A DNA stretch of 64,000 nucleotides, taken from Promethearchaeati archaeon SRVP18_Atabeyarchaeia-1 (GTDB lineage Archaea > Asgardarchaeota > Atabeyarchaeia > Atabeyarchaeales > Atabeyarchaeaceae). The notes beneath the pieces were generated by a model. It made no database searches. It was not told the origin of the DNA and worked only from the letters and a program-made list of their open reading frames with translations. This document shows positions 8,460 through 18,128 of this stretch, in pieces. A program made the position numbers and the translations under genes. Within the stretch, counting starts at the first letter, position 1; each line of letters opens with the position of its first letter. Location: positions 1,088,001-1,152,000 of the forward strand of contig CP147779.1 in assembly GCA_037308085.1 (NCBI GenBank). The letters are read 5' to 3'.

Positions 8460-11156
8460 TCAAGCATTCAAGACGGGGACTAAAACCTGATCGAAGATGG
8501 TATTGTCGTAAGCCGAGTAGAGTCTCAAGGGCATGCTCATACTCTTATTGTATGCCAAGCCGAGCATGGTAGCGTTTAATCCGGTCACCCTAAACTTGAC
8601 GGTTTGACCCGCGCTGAGATAGTACGTCTCAGTGTGCGGTATCCACGACGCGGTTCCTTGGTTCCAAACGTTCAGAGTGGGTATGGAAGCTTGCTTCGTG
8701 CCATTAATCCAGACGCTTCCTGTAAGGAGTCGGGTTAAGACCTTAGCCCCTAAGGCCACATTTTCAGACAAGGTATTGAGTGGAATAGCGGGCGCACCGC
8801 TACTTCCCATGTTAGTCGCGCTTATCACTGCGGTTCCATTCTTGTACAGAAATGTGTCACTTGCATTGATAACCAAATTGCCTAGCATGTCAAGTGGAGT
8901 ATAGTCGATCTTGTAGATCTTAACTAAGTCGCTAGAGGAGAAGAATGCCCTCTGGAAGAACCTCGGACCATAATCATCAATGCTTGTCACCCCGCTCCAG
9001 CCGACCTGTGTAGCGCCTTGATTTGTCAAGTAATCGTTTATCGAGGTCAGGTAGGTCGTAGTTGTGTCTGCCCAAATGGGTGCTACAGCCATGAAGTTTT
9101 TGGTCGACGTTCCCCGGCCGGCAGCCGTGCCCATAAAGTAGACCAGAGATATGTCTAATGAGTCGCTATAGGAGTGTGGCTCGTTGTTAAACATCAGCCG
9201 ATACAGCGTAGTGTTTTGGAAGAGTGGCCTTGTGACTTGTGATGTCTCATTGTAGTAGTCGCTTGTATTGATTAAGTTGGGGAAGTTATCTGCCGCTATT
9301 CTGGCCATCCAGATCCATTTTCCTTCGTCTCCTCCAATGTAGCTCTGCATGAATCCGAAGAATACCAGTGCGTAGTCGGCATGGAATCGCCTGAAGATTT
9401 GGAGTGACGCGGTCTCATTTGTCTCCATGAACCCCAGTCCGACGCAAGCAATCTGTGTGCTATTGCCAGTTCCATTATCGTCCACTGAGGTTCTGTTGCC
9501 CACTACCGTAATGTAGTACCCGTAGTCCCACCAAGCAACTACAACTGCACCAGGTGGTGCTTGGTTGTTAAGCCAACTCATTGCCTCCAGCCAATCGCCG
9601 TACGCGCCGGCTGGTAGTATCTCTGGTGGCGACATTCCCTGTATCAAGGGATAGCGTGATCCAAAGCCAGGCTGAATGATCATATTTCCATAGGAAAAGA
9701 GCAGTATCCCAATCACAAGAAAAGCTGCCGCCGCGTACTCACGACCAACTGTGGGTGTCATCCTAACCCTCTTTCTATGGATAATCTCCTCTTTCGGGGC
9801 TGCCATGATCTGGCCAAAAGGCCTAAGTACACTTGATAGCCCGTAGCCGGCAAGTATCGCGATTATCGGAGACAGGCTTATGACAATTCTCACCATGGAC
9901 CCTGAGAAGTAGACCAGGGTGACCGTGGCCAATATTATGAATATGTCTGCCTCAGACAGCCTCTTGAAGGAGAAGTAGATTCCAACTATGGAGAGCACTA
10001 CGAGTATTCCCAGATAGTAGAAGAAATCAGCCCAGGGGGTAGGTTGGTGCTCTCCAACCGAGGCGAGGATAGCTTCCTGAGTCTGCCTGAAGATAGGCAT
10101 GATCACAGTGTAGAACTTACCTCCAATGGGGCTGATCGTGAGTATTATGAACCCACCCACTGCGACGATGGCTGCGAGCAGGAACGGGTTCACTTTCGAA
10201 ATTCTACTGCCAATATTCCCCAAGGTCTTGAACTGAGCGAGGTACTTCGAAGTCTCGTAGAGAACCATAAGTCCAAGCACCATGAGTGCTGGAAGGATCT
10301 CCCCTGAAGCTAACTGCCCGACCCCGTTTCGTGGTGCTAGTACCATTATGAATAGGCCTATTAGCATCGTGATACTGTATGTTGTGAAGAGTCTCATGCT
10401 GTAGCGGCGTGTTATCAGCATAACTCCTGCAAATAGGGCAAATATGTCGATGCCGTACCTGAAGGTGCCCCAGCTAATACATAGGTATCCAAGGAATAGA
10501 CCGGCCAAGATGGCTGACGGAAATGAACCTCTCTTCAAAGATCTGATGAAGAAGTAGAATGAAATCAGCATGAGGAATATGCCAAAAGGCTCGTTGTCAA
10601 AAAAGCCGACCACTTGCCGCTGGATTATGGCTGGCGATACGGCAATGAAGAAAGCGGCGAGCAATCCGGAACGCTTGTCATAGATTTCTTTTCCGAGGAG
10701 GTAAACGACTAGGGGAGTCAGCGCGCCGAACAATAATGGCATATAGTAACAGACGGTGAAAGCCGAAGCGCTGATCCCAATGGCATTAACGAAGTAGTAG
10801 AATAGGACGGCAGTGAAGACCATTCCTGGGTATGTGTCTCCCGCAATGAATCTGCCGAAGGGGTACCAAGCGGAATAGTCGACCCAGTGGAACCAAGCGG
10901 GAAAACCATTACCAATGATAAACTGAACGTTCCTGTAAAAGTAGTACGGGTCGAACTCTTTTAGGAGGGGCTGCCAGCCAGCCATAAACACAGGCGATAT
11001 TCTGAGAAGAAACGCAATAGTGAATATGAGCACTAGAGAGACCGCAAGAATTGCCGTACTCCGTGGGATCTTGGCCGTTGCCGCCTTGAACGAGTTTTGC
11101 GTCAGCTGACCTAGTTTCCCAAAGATCCTCTTAATGCCTCTCCAAACCGACGAAAT
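8460..11156 (-). CDS. aglB: Oligosaccharyltransferase catalytic subunit AglB/STT3 (eukaryote-like)
   Basis: EFDP, WYPFGR..G.TYPG, DNE, SVGEHQP, WWDYG, and DEGKWIWMARIA (DK motif). Start placed tentatively at ATT 11156, 8 nt after GGAGGT; the ORF track extends to 11345. Confidence 0.95.
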   Translation of the reverse strand: MSSVWRGIKRIFGKLGQLTQNSFKAATAKIPRSTAILAVSLVLIFTIAFLLRISPVFMAGWQPLLKEFDPYYFYRNVQFIIGNGFPAWFHWVDYSAWYPFGRFIAGDTYPGMVFTAVLFYYFVNAIGISASAFTVCYYMPLLFGALTPLVVYLLGKEIYDKRSGLLAAFFIAVSPAIIQRQVVGFFDNEPFGIFLMLISFYFFIRSLKRGSFPSAILAGLFLGYLCISWGTFRYGIDIFALFAGVMLITRRYSMRLFTTYSITMLIGLFIMVLAPRNGVGQLASGEILPALMVLGLMVLYETSKYLAQFKTLGNIGSRISKVNPFLLAAIVAVGGFIILTISPIGGKFYTVIMPIFRQTQEAILASVGEHQPTPWADFFYYLGILVVLSIVGIYFSFKRLSEADIFIILATVTLVYFSGSMVRIVISLSPIIAILAGYGLSSVLRPFGQIMAAPKEEIIHRKRVRMTPTVGREYAAAAFLVIGILLFSYGNMIIQPGFGSRYPLIQGMSPPEILPAGAYGDWLEAMSWLNNQAPPGAVVVAWWDYGYYITVVGNRTSVDDNGTGNSTQIACVGLGFMETNETASLQIFRRFHADYALVFFGFMQSYIGGDEGKWIWMARIAADNFPNLINTSDYYNETSQVTRPLFQNTTLYRLMFNNEPHSYSDSLDISLVYFMGTAAGRGTSTKNFMAVAPIWADTTTTYLTSINDYLTNQGATQVGWSGVTSIDDYGPRFFQRAFFSSSDLVKIYKIDYTPLDMLGNLVINASDTFLYKNGTAVISATNMGSSGAPAIPLNTLSENVALGAKVLTRLLTGSVWINGTKQASIPTLNVWNQGTASWIPHTETYYLSAGQTVKFRVTGLNATMLGLAYNKSMSMPLRLYSAYDNTIFDQVLVPVLNA

Positions 11157-11274
11157 AGTCCTGAACCTCCGGCTACACTTGACAAGCGTCGCAATGCAAA
11201 GGATTGGAATCGGAATTATGTTAAGTTGCTCATATATCTTACGGTTAGGGGTTCCGTTGACTTGCCGATGGATG

Positions 11275-11651
11275 TGAAGGTGAGTGGAAGGCCTTGAGAT
11301 GATACTGGCTGGGGGTGACGGTGACATTGCTTTGGACGCGGGCAATGGCGCATCAACCCAGGCAACTAGTGCTTCCCTCTCGGACTCCAGCGCTGGTGTC
11401 TCTGTGACGCCAGCAAACCCAGCGGAAATCTTCGCATGCGTTTAAGACACGCAGGTGGCGCCACAAGATACTCACGCAGCCGTGACGACACAGTCCGGCG
11501 CAACCACTGGCGGTGGCGGCTTGGGTAGTCGCACGTTTCTGATCGAAAGAGTTGGCTAGCGGTGATGGCTATGAGAAGGCAGTCGATTCTCTTCGTTGCT
11601 TCTCAGTCATGGGCTCTTCTGTGACTCATCAGGAAACCTGCTCACCATTCA
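11275..11651 (+). ncRNA. Candidate ~375-nt multi-domain structured RNA between divergent aglB and serS
   Basis: Closing helix 11275-11287/11638-11651; hairpins 11325-11347, 11392-11414 and 11565-11610; G-U pairs on +. Confidence 0.55.
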
Positions 11652-11845
11652 GGCTGTAGCACTTCATTGTTGCAACGATCAAGGACAATCAGAAGAAAGT
11701 TGTCTGCAAGATATTTAAGCGAAAGACCGATTAGTTCTGCAGCATTGGACGAGATAGAAGCTGTTCATTCGCCCTTGGACACAATGGCCTAGGTACTCGT
11801 CACACGGCATATTGGGAGATCAATTATGAGTGTGAGGTCTGCAGT

Positions 11846-13138
11846 TTGCTAGATATGAAGCTAATCAGAGAACAACCTGAGACTGTGAAGAGCAATCTCG
11901 AAAGAAGAGGCGACCCTGAGAAGACGAAATGGGTCGACGAACTACTCAATCTCGACAAGAACTGGAGGGGTTCGAAGCAGGAGGTCGAGCAACTCAGACA
12001 TAGAAGGAACGTCTTGTCCGAGAAAATAGCAGAGCTGAAACGGGGAAAAGAAGATGTGACAGGGCAATTGGAGGAGACTCGGCGGATCCCTGCCCAGATA
12101 AAGAAGATCGAAGACGGCATGGCGGCTCAAGAGGAAAGAATCAGGTTCATACTAATGAGACTTCCAAACCTGCTTCACGACTCAGTTCCGAAGGGCAAGG
12201 ACGACAGCGAGAACGTCGAGGTGAAGCGTTGGGGGGAGGTAAAGGGGCTGAGCTTCAAGCCAAAGGGTCACATAGATCTGATGATTGACCTGGATCTGCT
12301 TGACATGGACAGGGCGGCAAAGGTCTCAGGTGCGCGTTTCTACTACATGAAAAACGAGGCGGTCCTGCTGGAACTCGCCCTAGAAAGATTCGCCATTGAT
12401 ATCCTCAGAGAGAAGGGATTTACAGTAATCGAGCCGCCTTTCATGATCAAGAGAGAACCTTACGAAGGGGTCACCTCGCTTGCAGACTTCGAGGACACTC
12501 TCTACAAGATCGAAAACGAAGATCTCTACCTGATCGCCACGTCGGAGCACCCGATGGGCGCAATGTTCATGAATGAAGTCCTGAATGCCGACGCTCTTCC
12601 ACTTAAGTGCGCAGGCCTGAGCCCATGCTTCAGAAAAGAAGCTGGGGCTCACGGAAAGGATACCAAGGGAATATTCAGGGTCCACCAATTCAACAAGATC
12701 GAGCAGTTCATCTTCTGCAGACCGGAGGATTCATGGGAACTCCATGAGGAACTGCTAGCTAACGCTGAAAACATCTACAAGATGCTCGAAATCCCGTACA
12801 GGGTTGTTAACATATGCACAGGCGATATAGGAACTGTCGCGGCAAAGAAGTATGACATCGAAGCTTGGATGCCAGCTCAGAAAATGTTCAGGGAAGTCGT
12901 ATCCTGCAGCAACTGCACCGATTATCAGGCAAGGAGATTGAACATAAGATATAGAGAGAAGACAGGAGAAAAATCAGAATTCGTACATACGTTGAACAGC
13001 ACGGCAATAGCAACGCAAAGGACCATAGTAGCGATAATCGAGAATTATCAGCAAGCAGACGGCTCAATCAGGATACCGAAGGCCCTTGTTCCATATATGG
13101 GCGGGCTCAATGAAGTCAGAAAGAAAGGAAGGGAATAG
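11846..13138 (+). CDS. serS: Serine--tRNA ligase
   Basis: N-terminal coiled arm, LIATSEH, FRKEAGAHGKDT, VHQFNKIEQF, EVVSCSNC, HTLNST. Confidence 0.97.
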   Translation: MLDMKLIREQPETVKSNLERRGDPEKTKWVDELLNLDKNWRGSKQEVEQLRHRRNVLSEKIAELKRGKEDVTGQLEETRRIPAQIKKIEDGMAAQEERIRFILMRLPNLLHDSVPKGKDDSENVEVKRWGEVKGLSFKPKGHIDLMIDLDLLDMDRAAKVSGARFYYMKNEAVLLELALERFAIDILREKGFTVIEPPFMIKREPYEGVTSLADFEDTLYKIENEDLYLIATSEHPMGAMFMNEVLNADALPLKCAGLSPCFRKEAGAHGKDTKGIFRVHQFNKIEQFIFCRPEDSWELHEELLANAENIYKMLEIPYRVVNICTGDIGTVAAKKYDIEAWMPAQKMFREVVSCSNCTDYQARRLNIRYREKTGEKSEFVHTLNSTAIATQRTIVAIIENYQQADGSIRIPKALVPYMGGLNEVRKKGRE

Positions 13139-13331
13139 CAGCCTTCCAAGAATAATCATTGCCTCTCGCTGGTTTTGACTCAAGAAACAACGATCAACAC
13201 TCTGGAAACTTGGTTTGATGACCAAAATGGTAATATCTCTCTGCAAATCAATTGCAACAGACCGCATCTGAAGGATGCTATTTCGCGGAGACATAGTCTC
13301 TCTTTCAGTTCTTGAGGTGCAATATCCGATC

Positions 13332-14828
13332 ATGCGCTCAATCAAGGAGCAGTTAGATCCCATCTTCTACCCGAAGTCGTTAGCCGTAATAGGGGCGAGT
13401 AACAACGCCTTAAAATGGGGATGGATAATTCTTCATAACATCCTTAGAAACCGTTACAGGGGCAGATTATACCCTGTTAATAGGAGCGAGGACAAGATAA
13501 TTGGGGTCAAAGCCTACCACTCAGTGGGTGCCTTGCCTGAACCAGTTGACTTGGCGCTGGTGGTGATTCCTGCCCATTCTGTGGCAGAAGCCGTAGAGGA
13601 GTGCGCCAAGAGTGGAGTCAAGGGCTGTGTGGTGATCACCTCAGGATTCAAGGAGAGCGGAGAAGATGGTGCCGCGCTAGAAAAGGAGCTCGTTGGCGTG
13701 GCGAGAAAGGCTGGCATTCGCATAGTCGGACCCAATTGCATGGGTGTCTTGAGCAGCACCGTAAGTCTTGTTGCGGTGATGTCTCTTATCGATTTGAGAC
13801 CGGGTCCTATAAGCTTCATCAGCCAGAGTGGCAACTTGGGCACGCTGGCAATGTGGAATGCTATGCAGATGGGAGTAGGATTCTCGAAATTCGTGAGCAC
13901 TGGAAATGAGGCAGATCTCCACTGTGAAGACTACATAGAATACTTCGGGCAGGATTCCGACACGAGCGTCATAGCATGCTACATGGAGGGATTCAGCGAT
14001 GCTAGGAGATTCATGAGAACCGCACACGAGGTAGCAGAAAGGAAGCCGGTCGTCGTGCTGAAAGGAGGAGTCACGCAGGCAGGATCCAGAGCGGCGCGTG
14101 CTCACTCAGGATCCTTGGCAGGGACAGAGAATATCTTTACAGCGGCATTCAAGCAGGCTGGGGTGCTGAAAGCGGAAAGCGAAGACGAACTCGTAGACTA
14201 TGCTGGGGCGCTGGCTTCGCAACCACTTCCAAAGAGTAACAGAGTGGGGATACTTTCCCTTGGAGGGGGATGGGGAGTACTTGCCAGTGACTCATGTGAA
14301 AAGCATGGATTGATCGTGCCACCTCTCCCTCCAATTGCCGTAAGCAGGATAGACAAGGTGTTGCCTCCTTACTGGAGCAAAGGAAACCCAGTTGATACTG
14401 TTGCAAAATTCGATGCTGCGACACTGCGCGTATGCATCGAAACTCTGCTTGAACTGGAAGCAATCGACTCGATAATAATCGCCGGGTTTGGCACATACTC
14501 ATACTTCGCTAGCGAGATTTCTGGATCGGCATTCGCCACGAAGGAACAAGCTGAGCTGTTCGATCAAATCAGCATGATCGAAGGGCAAATCGCGAAGGAT
14601 ATCGTAGACTCTAGAAAGAAGTACGGCAAACCGATAATGGTTGTCTCCCGCTTATCAGGCAGGGAATCCTCATCAATACAAATACTTGAATCTGAGGGAA
14701 TGCCTCCTTACCCGACGCCACAAAGAGCTGCAAAAGCTCTGAGCAAGCTCGTACAATATAGGAGGTTCATAGATTCCAGCCGCGAACCTAGAAATATGAA
14801 TCACAGAGAATGGGTTCCGGGAAACTGA
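13332..14828 (+). CDS. Acyl-CoA synthetase (NDP-forming) alpha subunit / acetate--CoA ligase
   Basis: PKSLAVIGAS, VGPNCMG, SQSG, phospho-His AHSGSLAG, NPVD. Confidence 0.92.
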   Translation: MRSIKEQLDPIFYPKSLAVIGASNNALKWGWIILHNILRNRYRGRLYPVNRSEDKIIGVKAYHSVGALPEPVDLALVVIPAHSVAEAVEECAKSGVKGCVVITSGFKESGEDGAALEKELVGVARKAGIRIVGPNCMGVLSSTVSLVAVMSLIDLRPGPISFISQSGNLGTLAMWNAMQMGVGFSKFVSTGNEADLHCEDYIEYFGQDSDTSVIACYMEGFSDARRFMRTAHEVAERKPVVVLKGGVTQAGSRAARAHSGSLAGTENIFTAAFKQAGVLKAESEDELVDYAGALASQPLPKSNRVGILSLGGGWGVLASDSCEKHGLIVPPLPPIAVSRIDKVLPPYWSKGNPVDTVAKFDAATLRVCIETLLELEAIDSIIIAGFGTYSYFASEISGSAFATKEQAELFDQISMIEGQIAKDIVDSRKKYGKPIMVVSRLSGRESSSIQILESEGMPPYPTPQRAAKALSKLVQYRRFIDSSREPRNMNHREWVPGN

Positions 14829-14963
14829 GCAGCCAGGAGGCCAACGGCCGCGGTCACTGGCAAATCGTTCCACGCTATCACTGCGCACTGCCTGAACAAG
14901 ATGGTACTCTAAGCGAGGAACGAAGTTCCATTGCTCGCTTGTGCAATTATCTGGTGAGGTCGA

Positions 14964-16256
14964 ATGTACGATGTAATCATTGTGGGCGGAGGAATGGGTG
15001 GGCTTGCGACTGGAGCTCTCCTATCAAGGAAGGGTTTCAAGGTTATGCTCCTTGAGCAGAATAGGATGCTAGGCGGAAGAGCGAACAGCGTCGAATACAA
15101 GAAGGGGTACACTGTTGACTGGGGGATACACCTCCTTAGATTTGGAAGTAAGGGAATCGCGGCCCAGGTTTTTGAGACCCTGGGCGAAAAGCTCGAAATA
15201 CTAGAAATGGGTGAAGGAAAACTCTTCCACAATGATCAGTGGTTAGAACTTCCAACCAAGGCAGATGTGTTGACTAGAACACCTCTCCTCGATGGCGAAG
15301 ATAAGAAATCGGTTGGCGGGCTTTTGACGGGGATCCTAGGGACCCCTCCCCAAAAGGTTCTCGATCTCTCGATTGCAGATTGGCTTAGTGACGTTGGTGG
15401 GAGTGAGAGAATCAAGATGGTCATGCAACTAATAAGCAAACTCTGCATAACGACCCATTCAGCTGGTGAATTGTCGAGCGGTGAGGTATTCTCGGTTATT
15501 TCGGGAGCGCTGAAGACTGGAAAGTCCGCAGGCTACCCGAGGGGAGGATGGAAAACAGCAATCGAGAGGCTCTCTTCCATCATACAAAACGAAGGAGGCA
15601 TAGTGAGAGAAAAAGCCAAGGTCGAGAAAATAGTCGTAGATGAGAGAAAAATCGTCGTAGGCGTTCTCGTCGGAGGGGAGAGGCTACAATCCAGCGTTGT
15701 CGTATACAGCGCACCATGCCAACAGCTACATAGTCTGGTGAGCAAAAGTGATTTTGGAGAAGCCTTTCTAGAAAGGTCCACGAATATGATCCCTACGGCA
15801 GGCATCAGCATCGATCTTGGTTTGCGGGGATGCGTCTCTAACGAGAACGGGATGGTTGTAGTCAACGATCCCTTTATTCTCGCGCAATTTACCTCAAACA
15901 TAGACTCGACCGTAGCCCCCTCAGGCGAACAATTAGCGACATTTCTGCACGTCATGTCACCCACCGAGATGCGGGACAGGAAGAGAGTAGAAGGAGCTTT
16001 CGAGGTCCTCGAGAGATATGCCTTCAAGATGTTTCCAAGGCTGAGAGGATCCATCGTGTGGAAGAGGAAGACCGAGATGGATATAGTAAACGGCGTGCTT
16101 CCGACTCCTCTACAGTCTCGGGAGAAACGAATAGGGTTCATCGGTCCGGTAAAAGGGCTCTACTTTGCCGGCGACTGTTACGACGGCGAAGGGGGAGGGA
16201 GCGACATCGCCTTCCGCTCGGCAAGACGGTGCGCTGAGGTAATCGAGAAAAGGTAG
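14964..16256 (+). CDS. FAD-dependent oxidoreductase, phytoene-desaturase-like (COG1233)
   Basis: VGGGMGGL, LGGRA, YPRGG, GLYFAGD. Confidence 0.85.
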   Translation: MYDVIIVGGGMGGLATGALLSRKGFKVMLLEQNRMLGGRANSVEYKKGYTVDWGIHLLRFGSKGIAAQVFETLGEKLEILEMGEGKLFHNDQWLELPTKADVLTRTPLLDGEDKKSVGGLLTGILGTPPQKVLDLSIADWLSDVGGSERIKMVMQLISKLCITTHSAGELSSGEVFSVISGALKTGKSAGYPRGGWKTAIERLSSIIQNEGGIVREKAKVEKIVVDERKIVVGVLVGGERLQSSVVVYSAPCQQLHSLVSKSDFGEAFLERSTNMIPTAGISIDLGLRGCVSNENGMVVVNDPFILAQFTSNIDSTVAPSGEQLATFLHVMSPTEMRDRKRVEGAFEVLERYAFKMFPRLRGSIVWKRKTEMDIVNGVLPTPLQSREKRIGFIGPVKGLYFAGDCYDGEGGGSDIAFRSARRCAEVIEKR

Positions 16257-16336
16257 GAAATATGGCGACCTAACATTGGCGAAGCTCGCAAAAAACAACT
16301 ACTGAGAGTAGTAGTAGGACAAGTTACACCAAGGGG

Positions 16337-16343
16337 TTAAAAT
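16337..16343 (+). promoter_or_regulatory. TATA box (GG-TTAAAAT) upstream of candidate sRNA
   Basis: Box ends about 27 nt before the closing helix at 16370; same GGTTAAAA context as at 49335. Confidence 0.5.
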
Positions 16344-16369
16344 CGTTTCTAGCTCAATGGTGGACTGTT

Positions 16370-16490
16370 GTCGGGGGCGCGGCTTTCGTATTTCTTCTTT
16401 TAGAAGAAGTCCCCTCCAAGCGACACATAGTCCTTGGGGACAATCCCCTCCTCCACCGCGCCTCCGACTTCTTGTTACAATAGACAAGAA
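16370..16490 (+). ncRNA. Candidate ~100-120 nt sRNA with CCUCC-rich segments, between convergent genes
   Basis: 13-bp closing helix GTCGGGGGCGCGG/CCGCGCCTCCGAC (one G-U), two internal hairpins and a 3' hairpin at 16469-16490. Confidence 0.6.
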
Positions 16491-16574
16491 AGTTGGCAAT
16501 ATCGAGAGCCTGCTTGGTTACTGGCTGACTTTTCCGAAGAGCCGTGCGAGGGAAATGGCGGGTTTCAGGTTTCC

Positions 16575-17693
16575 CTACTTAAGCAGAGAAGACAGTGTGT
16601 CGACAATCTTCGAGATCTCATCTTGTGTGACGGCCGGGTGACATGGAAGTGACAGAACTTCATCAGCCGCCTTTTCTGATTCTGGAAAGTCTCCCTTTCT
16701 GTACTTGAATGTCCTTGCGTAGTACGGTGATAAGTGGATGGGGCTCTCGTAGTACGCCGCGGCGGTGATTCCGTTTTCAGCAAGTTTCCTCATTAGATCA
16801 TTGCGGGAGACGGGTGATCTATCATTAGTCACTCTGGTTGTGTACAAATACCATGAGTGTTTCGCCCACTCCTCTACAATGGGCGGGTCGAGGGCCTCCG
16901 TTTTCTCTGTGAGACCTTTGGTTAAGGCGGCAGCATTAGTCGCCCTGGCTTCCAGAAACGATGGCAGTTTTCTGAGCTGGACTCTGCCTATGGCTGCTTC
17001 GATCTCAGGCATCCTGTAGTTGTGTCCTAGCATCTCGCATTGATACTCTTCTTTCTCGCCGTGCCTTCTGATCTTCCAAATCCTTTCAGCGAGTTCGTCG
17101 TCGTTAGTTGCTACTGCTCCTCCCTCGCCGGTAGTCATGTTCTTGCTGGCGTAGAACGAGAAGCAGCCTATTTGACCGATTGATCCGGTCGCCTTTCCTC
17201 TATATTGTGAGCCTATGGACTGGGCGCAGTCTTCCACAACGGCTATTCCTTTTTCCTCAGCTATCTCCATTATTGGATCCATGTCGACTGGGTGCCCATA
17301 CAGGTGGACGGGGATTACTGCTTTGGTCCTTTTCGTGATGGCCCTCTTGAGTTTCTGGGGGTCGATCGTATACGTTCTTGAATTAATGTCTGCGAAGACG
17401 GGTCTCGCGCCAGCCAAGAGGGCGACATTCGCCGTAGCCACAAAGGTGAAAGGTGGTACGATAACCTCATCACCGTAGCCGACTCCAGCAGCAAGAAGGG
17501 ATGAGTGAAGCGCCGCTGTTCCTGAGCTTACAGTCAAGACGTGCCTTACTCCCAAATAGTCAGCAAGCTCCTTCTGGAACGCCTTGTTCATCGGACCTTC
17601 GCCCAGGCGGTTGGTGACGATTCCTGATTCCAGTACCTTTGCGACTTCTTCCTTTTCTTCAGGACCGAAGATGGGTCTGTTTATCGGTATCAC
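16575..17693 (-). CDS. DegT/DnrJ/EryC1/StrS PLP-dependent aminotransferase
   Basis: SSGTAALH, PVHLYG, EDCAQ, FSFYASKNMTTGEGG. Confidence 0.95.
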   Translation of the reverse strand: MIPINRPIFGPEEKEEVAKVLESGIVTNRLGEGPMNKAFQKELADYLGVRHVLTVSSGTAALHSSLLAAGVGYGDEVIVPPFTFVATANVALLAGARPVFADINSRTYTIDPQKLKRAITKRTKAVIPVHLYGHPVDMDPIMEIAEEKGIAVVEDCAQSIGSQYRGKATGSIGQIGCFSFYASKNMTTGEGGAVATNDDELAERIWKIRRHGEKEEYQCEMLGHNYRMPEIEAAIGRVQLRKLPSFLEARATNAAALTKGLTEKTEALDPPIVEEWAKHSWYLYTTRVTNDRSPVSRNDLMRKLAENGITAAAYYESPIHLSPYYARTFKYRKGDFPESEKAADEVLSLPCHPAVTQDEISKIVDTLSSLLK

Positions 17694-17921
17694 GTTGATG
17701 CGTCAGGCTCCTTCACGAATTCTCAATGTGCGGAGGTACATCAATTGCATGATGCGATATAAACTCTCCGAGCACTATGATATGTGTTCCTTTATGTCGT
17801 GCTGACCTCCAAGGCGAATTGTGTGCCCTCCGAAATCATGAGGTTCGACATTGCATTCATGAGGACCGGCGTGAGGTATATATAGCGATCAGCCCACATA
17901 CTTTGACTTGAGGGGTTAACC

Positions 17922-18083
17922 ATGGAAGAAAAGAAAGAGGAGTACTACAAGAAAAAAGAAGTGGCATTGGGCGGACCAGAGGAAAAGAAGAAACAGTACT
18001 ACAAGAAGAAAGAAAAAGTCGCGAAGCCAGCAAAGAAAGCGAAACAGGCTAAGAAGGCTAAGAAGGCTAAGAAGGCGAAGTAG
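17922..18083 (+). CDS. Small Lys-rich protein (53 aa) with AKK-repeat tail, histone-H1-tail-like; below ORF-track cutoff
   Basis: MEEKKEEYYKKKEVALGGPEEKKKQYYKKKEKVAKPAKKAKQAKKAKKAKKAK*. GAGGGG RBS and TATATATA at 17877-17884. Confidence 0.75.
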   Translation: MEEKKEEYYKKKEVALGGPEEKKKQYYKKKEKVAKPAKKAKQAKKAKKAKKAK

Positions 18084-18128
18084 TCCGCACAGCGTGCCAA
18101 ACAAGAAAGTCTAGCCATGAACCCCCAC

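Noticed and set aside
11157-11345. 63-aa N-terminal extension of AglB in the ORF track
   Set aside because: Looks non-coding, crosses the AT-rich promoter and overlaps the structured RNA; a good SD sits at 11165-11170.
11625-11632. CTGATGAG on the minus strand as a hammerhead ribozyme core
   Set aside because: No stem II closing onto a GAAA at the right place, and G-U pairs favour the plus strand.
11275-11651. T-box riboswitch, SRP RNA or group I intron upstream of serS
   Set aside because: No T-box (GGTGGNACC) sequence, no SRP helix-8 motif and no convincing P7 pairing.
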